A DNA stretch of 64,000 nucleotides from an uncultured Planctomycetaceae bacterium (lineage in GTDB: Bacteria > Planctomycetota > Planctomycetia > Planctomycetales > Planctomycetaceae). Shown here piece by piece: positions 23,812 through 33,944 of the stretch (its first letter is position 1; every line of letters starts with the position of its first letter). The notes beneath the pieces are model-generated. The model ran no database searches, had not been told where the DNA came from, and worked only from the letters and a program-made list of their open reading frames with translations. The position numbers and the translations under genes were made by a program. The stretch lies in the NCBI GenBank assembly GCA_963815195.1, contig CAWFGE010000008.1:352001-416000 (forward strand). Reading direction: 5' to 3'.

Positions 23812-24435
23812 TCTGAACCTCACGTTGCCGACTCTCGTGGAGGGACGCGCCGCCTGGCAAGACCGGCGGCATGGGGGATCGACCAACTCGGGAAAACCTG
23901 CCGAAAGCAAAGTGCCATCTTCCAAGACCTCCGCACCGCCAACATCCGCCGGGCGCGGTGGTGGCGGGAACCCCAAGTGCGGGCATGGGCCTGTTTGAAA
24001 ATCGAAGACAGCAGGCGCACGATGGCGGATCGGCCTCTGAGTCCAGTGGAGGAACAGGTCAAATCAATGCAGGAATGAAATACAGACGTCATCGAAGTGA
24101 AAGCAGGGATGGAAAACCGTTCAGTCGTTGTCGGCAACTTTCGAGAGATTACCAGGGAACTTGCCGGGAACTTCTCGCCACGGAAAACATCGCGTTTCAC
24201 TTCATCGATTGAGAATGGGCGCGGCCAGAAATCGGACTCTTCTATTCATAAATCGCTGAACGAGTCGCAAGTGTGACACGGTAGAGGCGTTTTGATTTTG
24301 CGACTTCCATTCGGCCGTTCTTTGTGGACAAAATTTCACAATTTGTCGCCGGAAAAGCCGCTTTTTTCTTGAACGTGTTCGATCTCGCATGCGAGAATTA
24401 TGACTAACCATGCAATTACTGAAACGAGGGTTTCG

Positions 24436-25035
24436 ATGGCGGACGGTTCAGTCAGTCGTTGGATCAGCCAACTCAAAAATGGCGAGCATGAGGCCGCCCA
24501 GGCGCTTTGGGAACGTTACCACGCCCGGTTGCTTGGTTTGGCGAGACAAAGGCTTGCGCAGTCGAATCGCGGTCATGCCGACGAGGAGGATGCCGTGCAA
24601 GTGGCCTTCAAATGCTTTTTTGAAGGGGTCATCTTCGGCCGGTTTCCTAATCTCAGCGATCGAGATGACTTGTGGCGTCTGTTGGTTGTGATCACAACAC
24701 GCAAATCGATCGATCACGTCCGCCGAGAACAGCGAAATGGAAGCGGTCATGTCACACTCTCGGTGGCTTCCACGATTTCCATTAAGAGGGGCGAGGACGA
24801 TCTGGAGAATCTGGTGTGCCGAGAACCAACGGCCGATATGGCACTCGAATTGATCGAAGGCTACGAAACCTTGTTGGCCCGCTTGGACGATCCGCAACTG
24901 AAACGAATTGCTGTGTGGAAACTCGAAGGCTACAACAATGAAGAAATCGCCGCGAAGTTGGGATGCTCCCGTCGAACGGTCATTCGCAAGTTGGAAACGA
25001 TTCGTCTGATTTGGAGCAATGATTTCGACCCATGA
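24436..25035 (+). CDS. ECF sigma factor (planctomycete type)
   Basis: SVSRWISQLKNGEHEAAQALWERY, DEED, DRDDLWRLL, C-terminal HTH LEGYNNEEIAAKLGCSRRTV. Alternative start at 24400. Confidence 0.9.
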   Translation: MADGSVSRWISQLKNGEHEAAQALWERYHARLLGLARQRLAQSNRGHADEEDAVQVAFKCFFEGVIFGRFPNLSDRDDLWRLLVVITTRKSIDHVRREQRNGSGHVTLSVASTISIKRGEDDLENLVCREPTADMALELIEGYETLLARLDDPQLKRIAVWKLEGYNNEEIAAKLGCSRRTVIRKLETIRLIWSNDFDP

Positions 25036-28000
25036 CTTCCAAGCCTCCGGTGGAAATCAAGGATCTGACGGTTTCCGCCGCCTATCGAATCGATGCGATT
25101 TGCTGCCGGCTTGAGGAGGCCCTCAAAGCGGGAACGGCCTCCCGATTAGAGGACTACCTCAACGAGGTTGAGGAACCCTTGCGGGCGGCTCTGTTTCATC
25201 AGATGCTGCTTTTGGAATGGGAGGTCTTTTCGGATCAAGGCCTGCCGATCGACGTTTCCCGGTATGAGCAGCGATTTCCCCGCTTTGTGCCGCTGATCCG
25301 GGAAACATACCGCGTGCACCAACCGCAATCCCGGCCGAGTTCTCCCATCGTCTTTGGGGACTCGGAATTGATTTCACTCACCCGCGCCATCGACTGTTCC
25401 CGCCGCTGGAAGCAGCGTGGATGCGATATCATCGGGCGGCTCGGTCGAGGCGCGGCGGGAAGCGTTTATCTCGCCTGGCATCATTCCCAGGCCCAACTCG
25501 TGGCGGTGAAAATTCTCGAGCGCGGACCGGAAGATCTGGAAGGTTTGGAGCGCTTCCGCCAAGAGGTCCAAATTCTCAAGGATCTCGCTCATCCAAACAT
25601 CGTGGCAATCTTCGACTACGGCGAATTTGAGGCGCGGCCGTTTTACAGCATGGAGTACTGTGCCAACGGCAGCCTCGCGGACTACCTCAAACAACACCGG
25701 TTAACGCAAAGCGCAGCGGCCGGGTTGATGCGGATCCTGGCAGACGCTGTTCACGCGGCCCATCGGGTTCAGGTTGTGCACCGTGATATTAAACCAAGCA
25801 ACGTTCTCATCCAGCGGCTCACCGCAAGAGAGATGGAGAAGGTTCAGGAAACGGAACACGGGAAAGACGTACTTCGCGGCGTTCCATTGGAACCAGAGGA
25901 ATTCCTCGTTCCAAAACTTGCGGACTTTGGCCTCGCAAAAAGCGTAGACACGCAGGAGTTGACGACAACCGGCCAGATTTTGGGGACGCCGCGGTACATG
26001 GCGCCGGAACAGATCCTTGGAGAAACTGGAATTGATCGTGCCAAGGCCGACGTTTACTCGTTGGGGGCGGTGCTGTTTGAGTGCTTGACGAATCAGCCCG
26101 TATTTCCCGGAGAAACCGTTTTGGGAACCATGCAGGCCGTCATTGAGAGGGATCCGGTTCCTCCCACGCGATTGCGAAAAGAAATCCCAAGGCCTTTGGA
26201 AACCATTTGCCTGAAATGTCTGCAAAAGAATCCCCAGGATCGTTACGCGGATGCCAAGGAGTTGGCCGAAGATTTGGGGCGTTTTTTGAGTGGGGAAGCG
26301 ATTCTTGCCCGTCGGGTCGGTCCTTTGAGGAGATGTTGGCGATCAATCCGCCGCCATCCGAGTCGCCTTGCACTTGGCTGCGTGGTCGTTTTGTTGCTGT
26401 TATCGGCTATGTTATTGCGATCGGTTTTCCGTGTCGGTCAGGACCTCGAAACGGCCCACGCAAAGCTCAGTCGAGAGGCGGCCGTGTGGGAATACGCCGA
26501 CGCCCTGTTGGAATCGGAACATCAAGCGCGCGAAACCACCTTGCTTAGATTGTCTCGAAGCCTGAAAGCCGCGGCCGACGCGAAGGCGCACGACCTGGAA
26601 TATACGATTCGGCGGCAAATCGGCGCGTGGCAGCGGGAGATCCATCCCCTCACAAACGAGTTCGACCATGCGGGCAAGATTATGGCAATCGACTGCAGCA
26701 GGGAGGGGAATTTGATTGTGAGCGGCGGCCAATCCTGCCGAGCTCTTATTTGGGATGCCGCCACCGGGGAACTTGTTACCGGACCGCTTTGGCATCACGA
26801 CACGATCTTCTCCGTGGCGTTCAGTCCCGATGCGAAATGGGTCATCACGGGATCGGCCGACGGAACCGCCCAGGTTTGGGAAACGGCTACCGGACGAAAA
26901 GGGGCGACGCTCCGGCACAAGGATCGTGTGCTGTCGGTGGCTTATAGTCCGGACGGATTGAAAGTTTTGACCGGTAGCCAAGATGGGACGGCGCAGCAAT
27001 GGGATCCATCGACCGGGGAACCCATCGGATTGCCGATGCAGCATGCGGATGTTGTACGTTGCGTCAAATACAGCCCCGATGGCCGATGGATTGCAACGGG
27101 CGGCAACGAACCGACGGCCAAGTTGTGGCACGCCGCCGATTCCAAACGCGCAGGAACGACATTTCGCCATCCGGGGATCGTATTCAGCCTGGCCTTCAGT
27201 CCAAAGGGTGACAAGCTGGCCACCGGGGGCGGCGATGGGGCGGTTCGCCTCTGGAACCTCGAAAGCGGCCTGCCGATCGGTGCTCCGTTCCGTCCCTATA
27301 TCACCGTCAAGAGCGTCGATTTTAGTTTGGATGGGAATGTTCTCTTAACGGCGAACAATAGCACCCGAGTGACTCTATGGGAAATCTCCTCCGGCAAGCC
27401 CATCGGCCGGGGAATTGTTCATGCCAACAAAGTGGCAGCGACGGCCTATACGAGAAATGGCCGGATCGTAACAGGGGGCTACGACGGCCGGGTCCGAGTT
27501 TGGGATTCGTTCGATCCGCTGATGGTCGAACACGGCCAGTCCATCCGGTGCTTCGCGTTTCGGCCTCCGGGCGAACGTTTCTTGTGCGGGTGTTTGCATA
27601 ACGTTTTCATCGAGGATGCAAAGACACTGAGCAACCTGCCATCCGTGCTAAAAACAAGCGCGTCGATTTTGGCCATCAGCCCTGATTCGAGCACGATCCT
27701 CACCGGCCCATCGGAAGGCATGATGCAGTTGATTGATGCGAAATCGGGGGAGAGGTTCGGACGTTTGATGGCGCATCAAGGGCAGACGACCGCAACGTTC
27801 AGCCCGGACAGTCGCACATTGTTGACGGGCAGTCGCGATGGATCGGCCTGCTTATGGGACGCCTCCAGCGGGAAGCGAATCGCCGGCCCGATTCGGTTTT
27901 CAAAAGTCGTGTCCGCTTTGGCGTTTGCGCCCGACAACCGCACCGCCGTCCTCGGCATATGGGACCATGCGGAAGTTTGGGATATAAAATCGTGCAAGCG

Positions 28001-28445
28001 GCTCGGCCCGGGTTTAGGTCATTCCGGGGGCGTCGTATCGGCCGCATTTAGTCCCGATGGCCGATACATTCTCACTGGGACGAGCGACCACAAATCCTAT
28101 TTATGGGACGTCTCCTTTTGGCAACTGATCCACCCGTCCATTCTGCACGGTGGCCGAGTCCGTGCCGTGGCCTTTCATCCCAATGGCGAAGACTATGTCA
28201 CCGGGAGCGATGATGGAGTCGTTCAGCGATGGTTCGTATCATCTGGGGATCGGCTGGGACCGCCTCTTCGGCATCCTTCGCGGATCAATGTCCTTGCATT
28301 TGACCCCTCCGGCACATTTTTTCTGACCGGCTGCCAAGATGGCCGTGTCCGCCGATACTCTCTGCCGGCCCCCATCGAGGGATCTCCGGAATCGATTCGA
28401 CTCTGGATCGAAACGGCGATAGGCCGCTCCTTGAATCACAATTGA
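25032..28445 (+). CDS. Ser/Thr kinase with TM segment and WD40 repeats
   Basis: GRGAAGSVY, HRDIKPSN, DFG, GTPRYMAPE; repeated VAFSPDG..TGS.DG..W. ATGA overlap with the sigma gene. Confidence 0.93.
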   Translation: MTSKPPVEIKDLTVSAAYRIDAICCRLEEALKAGTASRLEDYLNEVEEPLRAALFHQMLLLEWEVFSDQGLPIDVSRYEQRFPRFVPLIRETYRVHQPQSRPSSPIVFGDSELISLTRAIDCSRRWKQRGCDIIGRLGRGAAGSVYLAWHHSQAQLVAVKILERGPEDLEGLERFRQEVQILKDLAHPNIVAIFDYGEFEARPFYSMEYCANGSLADYLKQHRLTQSAAAGLMRILADAVHAAHRVQVVHRDIKPSNVLIQRLTAREMEKVQETEHGKDVLRGVPLEPEEFLVPKLADFGLAKSVDTQELTTTGQILGTPRYMAPEQILGETGIDRAKADVYSLGAVLFECLTNQPVFPGETVLGTMQAVIERDPVPPTRLRKEIPRPLETICLKCLQKNPQDRYADAKELAEDLGRFLSGEAILARRVGPLRRCWRSIRRHPSRLALGCVVVLLLLSAMLLRSVFRVGQDLETAHAKLSREAAVWEYADALLESEHQARETTLLRLSRSLKAAADAKAHDLEYTIRRQIGAWQREIHPLTNEFDHAGKIMAIDCSREGNLIVSGGQSCRALIWDAATGELVTGPLWHHDTIFSVAFSPDAKWVITGSADGTAQVWETATGRKGATLRHKDRVLSVAYSPDGLKVLTGSQDGTAQQWDPSTGEPIGLPMQHADVVRCVKYSPDGRWIATGGNEPTAKLWHAADSKRAGTTFRHPGIVFSLAFSPKGDKLATGGGDGAVRLWNLESGLPIGAPFRPYITVKSVDFSLDGNVLLTANNSTRVTLWEISSGKPIGRGIVHANKVAATAYTRNGRIVTGGYDGRVRVWDSFDPLMVEHGQSIRCFAFRPPGERFLCGCLHNVFIEDAKTLSNLPSVLKTSASILAISPDSSTILTGPSEGMMQLIDAKSGERFGRLMAHQGQTTATFSPDSRTLLTGSRDGSACLWDASSGKRIAGPIRFSKVVSALAFAPDNRTAVLGIWDHAEVWDIKSCKRLGPGLGHSGGVVSAAFSPDGRYILTGTSDHKSYLWDVSFWQLIHPSILHGGRVRAVAFHPNGEDYVTGSDDGVVQRWFVSSGDRLGPPLRHPSRINVLAFDPSGTFFLTGCQDGRVRRYSLPAPIEGSPESIRLWIETAIGRSLNHN

Positions 28446-28492
28446 AGGATTCACCGACTCAATCCTTTGCGGTGGACGAAACGAATGCGTCT

Positions 28493-31400
28493 TCAGTCGA
28501 GATGCATCTTTTTCAGTTGCCTTTGGATCGCATCCCAGTTCCAAATATGGAGCAAATCGTCCGCCGTGAATGAAAGCTCGCGGCCGTCGCGGCTGAATTC
28601 GAGCCAGCCGACGGTTTGGCGTTCCGGCGGTTCGAGGATGGCCACCTGCTTTCCCGTCGCCACGTCGAGCATCTGGACCGAATAGCGGGTGTGAGTGAAA
28701 GCGACGAGTTTGCCATCGGGCGAGAAGGCCACGTGTCCCGGCCATCCGTCCGGATGTTCGCGGGGCATGCGATGCACACACTCCCAAGTCTCGGTGTTCC
28801 AGAGGAAGTGAACGTCCGCCGCGCCCACCGCCAGCCATTTGCCATTGGGACTGAATACGGGTGCCGCACTCTCGATTTCGGGAGCGAGGTTTTCCAGCAT
28901 CGTGCCGGTGGCCCGATCCCAGATTCGCACGCCGTGGCCCTGCCAGGTCGCTGTGGCCACGAGCCGGCCGTCGGGGCTGAGCACAGCCCGATCCAGGCTC
29001 GCGTGCGGCGCGAGCGAGACTTTCTGGGCGGGTTCTTTCAGGTCCACCACCATCGCGTGGCGATCGCCCGCATCGACGGCGACATACCGGCCGGAGGAAT
29101 CCATCGAGGCCCGCCCGGTGGCGCCCGGCAAAAGCAGCAACCGCGGACCGATTTGGATGGCGTCGAGGTTCTCCGGGTCCAGTTCGATTGGCCATTGGTT
29201 CAGCCCCAATCCGCCGCTGGTGAGGATGGATTTTCCGTCCGGAGTGAAGAGCACACCCTGAGTATATTGCGAGGGCAGCACATCGAGCAGTTGCCCCGTT
29301 TTCGTATTCCAGAATTGCACGCCCTGGCTCGTGGCCGTCGCCAGAAGGTGGGGAATGCTGGGATGGTACTGCGACATCCAGCGGGCGGTTTTCTGGCCTT
29401 TGCGTCCCAGAGTCATCAGCGGCCCACCCAGGGCGACCTCCCAGATGCCGAAGGTCGTATCGAATCCGCCAAAGCCGAGTAATCGGTCGTCCGGGCTGAA
29501 ATCCGAGCGCACGGGATGGCGAAAGTCCATGCGGAGCAACTCGCTGGCGCGTCCGAGATCCCACAGACGCGACGTGCCGTCCCACGCCCGGGAGAACAAC
29601 AGTCTTCCATTATGGCTCGCGTTGAGTTGAACCACGCGGGCGAGATGCCCTTCCAACTCATGAATCGGCCGCTGCGGCCGGCCAGCGTCCCAAATGCGGA
29701 TCACCCCATCCGGGGTTCCACACGAGATGTATTCTCCGTTCCAAGCCACACAGGTCACAATACGGGCGGGCTGGAGCACGACATGCCCGGGACGGTCCGG
29801 CTTATTTTCTGAAGCGACCTGATCCGCTGCGGGAACATCGACGATCTCTGCGCCCATGTTGGTCGCGACGGCGACTTTGGTTCCTTCCGGATTGAAACAG
29901 AGTTCCGTCAGTTCGCCCCGAAACTGTTCTTCGAACAGGACGTTGGCTTCGGGGAGCGAAAACACCCGCAGGACGCGATCTTCGCCCGCGACCGCCAGCC
30001 GTTGGCTGTCCGCTGCGAACGCCATCGTCGTCGGCATGGCGGTTTTGATGTCGCATTCCAACACAATGCGGCCGCTGTCGAGTTCCCAAGCCCACAAAAC
30101 CGGCGAAGTGTCCTGGTCGTGAAACTTCGCGGCCAGAAACCGTCCATCGGGACTAAATCGCAAAATCCAAGCGCGGGCCCCCGGCCCCGTGAGCGACTGG
30201 ATTTCCAGATTGTCCGCCACACGCCGAATCGTGATGTTGCCCTGGTGATCGCTATGGGCGTAGCGGTCGTATTCGGACGTAAAGGCCACCACTCCCGTCC
30301 AGCCCTTTTCCACCGGCCAACTCTGTTTGATGCGGACATCGACCAAAGGCATCGCGGCGATCGCCTCGTTTCGCAGCTTGAATTTTTCCCGCTCCAGTTC
30401 GTCGCGATTCCATGCGAGGGTGGGAAGGATCTTCGCCGCCTCGGTTAGGGCGGTGAGGCTGGTGAAATGTTGCCCCGGCCGATGACTCCATCGGCCCGCA
30501 TTGGCGCGGCCGCGATGCGATTCATACAGCGCCTGGGTGGCAACCTGCGTGGCCTTCCGCGCCTTGACCTCCGCCTGCACCACGCGCTGGTTCTCGGCTT
30601 CCAGTTCCTCGGCGTGCTGGCGGGAATCGTAAGCGGAATACAACGAAACGCCCGCCAGGACCACCAACAGCACGGCGATGCACGCGGTCAACGCGGCTTG
30701 AGCGGGATTCCGCCGGCACCAGCGCCAACACCGCTCGCGCAGCGAAATCCGCCGGGCCTGGATGGGCCGGTCCTCGACGAACAGCCGCAGGTCTTCCGCC
30801 ATTTTTTCCGCCGACGAATAGCGATGGCTCGGCTCCCGGTCGATGGATTTTAAGATGATCGTCTCCAGATCCCGCGGGATGCGCGGATTGATCTGCCGCG
30901 GCGGCGGGGGCGTATGATGCGTCACCTGATGGATCAGTTCCGCGCGGTCGGATTGCTCGAACGCATAGCGAAAGGTGCAAAGCTCGTAAAGCGTCAGCCC
31001 CAAACTGTAGAGGTCGCTGCGGACGTCGGCCTGCCCTTGAAACCGTTCCGGAGCCATGTAGCGGAGCGTTCCCACAATGTCGCCCGTGTGCGTGAAGTCA
31101 TCGCCTTCGTGTTTGGCCAGGCCGAAGTCCGTCACCCAGACCACGCCCTGCATGTCCAACAGCAGGTTCGACGGCTTGATGTCGCGATGCAGCACGCCTT
31201 GCAGGTGGGCATAGTGGAGAGCCTCGGCGACTTGCAGCCCCACCCGCGCCACCCGCCGAAAATATCCTTCGCCCGCTTCGCCGATGCGGGCGAATTCCGA
31301 TCCCTCCGGAACCTGGATGGCTTTATCGCTTTCGGAAGAACCCGCAAGACGCCCCGGGTCGGCCGTCGCCGGGACGTGTTCCACGATCTGTTCCGCGACC

Positions 31401-32116
31401 ACGGTGGTCGTCGCCTCGGGCGGAAGCTCCCATTGGCCGGAGAGAAGATGTTGGGCCACGGACCCGTTGCCGAGCGTGGGTTTGCGGTTCCGAATTCGCG
31501 TGGTGGCGCACGAGAGCCCGGCGTGGTCGCGCCCTTCATGATGCCCGCGAAGCTCGTCGATCACCGTGTCCAAATTCTGGCCGTGAATGTACTGCATCGC
31601 GTAGAAAGACAGCCCCTGATCGAAGCCGACTTCGAAAATGGGCACAATGTTCGTGTGATGCAGATTGCCCGCCGCCCGAGTTTCCCGCAGGAACCGGTCC
31701 CGGTTTTTGCCTTGCGATGCAAGTTCCTTGGGAAGCACTTTCAAGGCGACCCGCCGCTGCATGGTCTCGTGGATCGCTTCATAAACGATGCCCATGCCGC
31801 CCCGGCCGATTTCCCCGCAAATCTGATATTTGCCGAGCGCGGCAGGGGCGTTCGAGGGCAGCCCCGCGGCAACCGTCGTGCGCTGAGGCTCATCGGGCGT
31901 CAATTTTTCCAGCATCGCGAGGGTGGGAAACAACTCGCGGATCTCCTCTGCCAAGTCCGGATGCATTGCGGTGTAGGTCTCCAGATCGGGCGACTCTCCG
32001 CGGCGGAGGCGGTCGAGGTATTCCTCAGCCAAGGCTTCGATCGGATCCCGCTCGGGATCGCGGGACTCGGTTTCCCGCGGCCGATCCGCTTTGTCGGTGT
32101 TCCAGTTTTCAATCAT
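28493..32116 (-). CDS. Ser/Thr kinase with TM segment and WD40 repeats
   Basis: IGRGGMGIVY, HRDIKPSN, DFG, GTLRYMAPE; FSPDG repeats. Confidence 0.93.
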   Translation of the reverse strand: MIENWNTDKADRPRETESRDPERDPIEALAEEYLDRLRRGESPDLETYTAMHPDLAEEIRELFPTLAMLEKLTPDEPQRTTVAAGLPSNAPAALGKYQICGEIGRGGMGIVYEAIHETMQRRVALKVLPKELASQGKNRDRFLRETRAAGNLHHTNIVPIFEVGFDQGLSFYAMQYIHGQNLDTVIDELRGHHEGRDHAGLSCATTRIRNRKPTLGNGSVAQHLLSGQWELPPEATTTVVAEQIVEHVPATADPGRLAGSSESDKAIQVPEGSEFARIGEAGEGYFRRVARVGLQVAEALHYAHLQGVLHRDIKPSNLLLDMQGVVWVTDFGLAKHEGDDFTHTGDIVGTLRYMAPERFQGQADVRSDLYSLGLTLYELCTFRYAFEQSDRAELIHQVTHHTPPPPRQINPRIPRDLETIILKSIDREPSHRYSSAEKMAEDLRLFVEDRPIQARRISLRERCWRWCRRNPAQAALTACIAVLLVVLAGVSLYSAYDSRQHAEELEAENQRVVQAEVKARKATQVATQALYESHRGRANAGRWSHRPGQHFTSLTALTEAAKILPTLAWNRDELEREKFKLRNEAIAAMPLVDVRIKQSWPVEKGWTGVVAFTSEYDRYAHSDHQGNITIRRVADNLEIQSLTGPGARAWILRFSPDGRFLAAKFHDQDTSPVLWAWELDSGRIVLECDIKTAMPTTMAFAADSQRLAVAGEDRVLRVFSLPEANVLFEEQFRGELTELCFNPEGTKVAVATNMGAEIVDVPAADQVASENKPDRPGHVVLQPARIVTCVAWNGEYISCGTPDGVIRIWDAGRPQRPIHELEGHLARVVQLNASHNGRLLFSRAWDGTSRLWDLGRASELLRMDFRHPVRSDFSPDDRLLGFGGFDTTFGIWEVALGGPLMTLGRKGQKTARWMSQYHPSIPHLLATATSQGVQFWNTKTGQLLDVLPSQYTQGVLFTPDGKSILTSGGLGLNQWPIELDPENLDAIQIGPRLLLLPGATGRASMDSSGRYVAVDAGDRHAMVVDLKEPAQKVSLAPHASLDRAVLSPDGRLVATATWQGHGVRIWDRATGTMLENLAPEIESAAPVFSPNGKWLAVGAADVHFLWNTETWECVHRMPREHPDGWPGHVAFSPDGKLVAFTHTRYSVQMLDVATGKQVAILEPPERQTVGWLEFSRDGRELSFTADDLLHIWNWDAIQRQLKKMHLD

Positions 32117-32156
32117 GGGAAAGCCTTGCCTCTGTTTCGATCGCCCCGGCCGGCGA

Positions 32157-32819
32157 TCAATGTCCCGAGGCGTTGGGATCGATATTCGCCGCGTCCAGGA
32201 GTTGTTTCAAACGGCGGATGGCCCGCACATACCGGCCGCTCGCCGCGGATTCCTGAATGTCGAGCACCCGGGCCGTCTCCGCATTGTTGAGCTGCTCAAA
32301 ATGCCGAAGCATCAGCACCTCGCGATCGATGGCATCCATCGCATTGAGCATCTGCTCGAGCTTCTGGCGAAGTTCATTGCGGACGGCCGCTTCGCTGGGG
32401 CTGGTATATGTGCCCAGCAACTGGGCGGCTAAGATCGCCGAGGTCGCCTGCGGCGAAGGACCGCCGAACAACGAAACCTCTCGCTCCACGTCCCGCGATT
32501 TGACATGGAAATGTTCGCGATGGATCTGCATCAGCTTTTGCATCGTCAGAAAACGAAGCCACAGGAAAAAGGGGATCTTCTCTTGCTGCCGAACATAGTC
32601 AGGGAAGCGATTGGCAGCCTCGAGATACGCTTCCTGGAGAATGTCCGCCGGGTCGATTCGTCCCCGCAGACGCGGATCCATCCGGTACGCCGCGATCCGC
32701 AGCAGTCGATCCTGGTCTTGCGTCAACAATCGTCCCAAAGCCTGAGGATCGCCCGCCGCGGCGCCTTGGACCAGGCGGGCGGTCTCCTCCGAATTGAATT
32801 GGGCGTGGTGGTGGCTCAT
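32157..32819 (-). CDS. ECF sigma-70 factor, planctomycete-specific subfamily
   Basis: RMDPRLRGRIDPADILQEAY, FFLWLRFL, TSPSEAA, DREVLMLRHFEQLNNAETA. Confidence 0.9.
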   Translation of the reverse strand: MSHHHAQFNSEETARLVQGAAAGDPQALGRLLTQDQDRLLRIAAYRMDPRLRGRIDPADILQEAYLEAANRFPDYVRQQEKIPFFLWLRFLTMQKLMQIHREHFHVKSRDVEREVSLFGGPSPQATSAILAAQLLGTYTSPSEAAVRNELRQKLEQMLNAMDAIDREVLMLRHFEQLNNAETARVLDIQESAASGRYVRAIRRLKQLLDAANIDPNASGH

Positions 32820-32910
32820 CGGGCCGATCGGCTTCGGGACGTGAAACGGCAACCCGTTGTAGTTTATCAGGCGGGGCGGGAAAACACCCATTGCAAAACC
32901 GTCGGCGAGC

Positions 32911-33675
32911 TCAATTCGATTTGACAGCAGATTGCGAGATCGCCGTGCTTTGAGGAAACGGAAAGAACTTGCGGGTCCGCCGGCGGTAGGCTTCGTACGC
33001 GTCGCCATAAGTTTTGATCAAGTCCCGCTCTTCGAAGGAAACGCCAATGATGATGTAGCCCGTCAACCCGACGGCGAACACCAGATGGCCCAGCGTCATG
33101 GTCGGGGTCGCCCAGATGCCCAAGAGAACCCCCGTCATCAGCGGGTGGCGGATCACTTTATAGATCGAGCGTTCGACGAAGCGGGGTGGCGTGTATTCCT
33201 TTCCCCGCAGGCAAAGATACACTTGCCGCAGCCCGAATAAATCAAAATGATCGATCAAAAACGAACTCACGAACAGCAGGGCCCAACCGGCCATCGACAC
33301 CGCAATGAGCAATGCCCGCATCACCGGCGGTTCGATGTGCCAGATTGTCGTCTTCATCGGTTGCCATTGCCAGAACAGCAGCAGCAAAACGCCGCTGGCC
33401 AACAGGACGAAAGTGCTCCGCTCCATAGGTTCGGGAAGCGTTTTTTTCCACCAGGCTTTGAAGCCGGGCCGGGCCATAATCGTATGCTGAACGGCGAACA
33501 GGCCGATGAGCAGCAAATCGACCACCGCAGCCGGCAAGGGAGAAATCTCGGCTCCCGTGTCGATGGATTTGGGAACCCAAAAATTCCCCACGAAGCCGAT
33601 CAGATACAGAATCGTGCCAAAAAATGCCAGGTAAGCCAGCAAGCCGTACAGAAAGATGGAAAAGCGTTTCGTCAT
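32911..33675 (-). CDS. mddA: Methanethiol S-methyltransferase (MddA-like, ICMT/NnrU family)
   Basis: VPKSID, LFAVQHTIMARPGFKAWW, ERSTFVL, LLFWQWQP, IDHFDLFGLRQV, Y..IRHPLM.G, WATPTMT, EERDL. Confidence 0.82.
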   Translation of the reverse strand: MTKRFSIFLYGLLAYLAFFGTILYLIGFVGNFWVPKSIDTGAEISPLPAAVVDLLLIGLFAVQHTIMARPGFKAWWKKTLPEPMERSTFVLLASGVLLLLFWQWQPMKTTIWHIEPPVMRALLIAVSMAGWALLFVSSFLIDHFDLFGLRQVYLCLRGKEYTPPRFVERSIYKVIRHPLMTGVLLGIWATPTMTLGHLVFAVGLTGYIIIGVSFEERDLIKTYGDAYEAYRRRTRKFFPFPQSTAISQSAVKSN

Positions 33676-33944
33676 GGAGAACTCCGGTTTTCGGGGAATG
33701 GGAATGGCGAATCGAGTGATGGAGATCACTCTCCCCGTTTAACTGCGCACCGTCGTTTTCCAGCACAAAAAAAATCAAATCACGGTAAATTGCCGGTTCC
33801 CCGGATTTTGTAACAACTGGTTGAGAATCGGGGATCGAGGATCCAGAATGCTCATCGACCGCGGCAGCGGCCGACCCGGCCAAACCGCATCCAACGACGC
33901 GGCCGTGCGACTAGGAGACTTGAGCCGACAGAGTCTTGAATGAC

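Noticed and set aside
24155..24172. Two GGAACTT motifs as sigmaE-type -35 boxes
   Set aside because: No convincing -10 element at the expected spacing.
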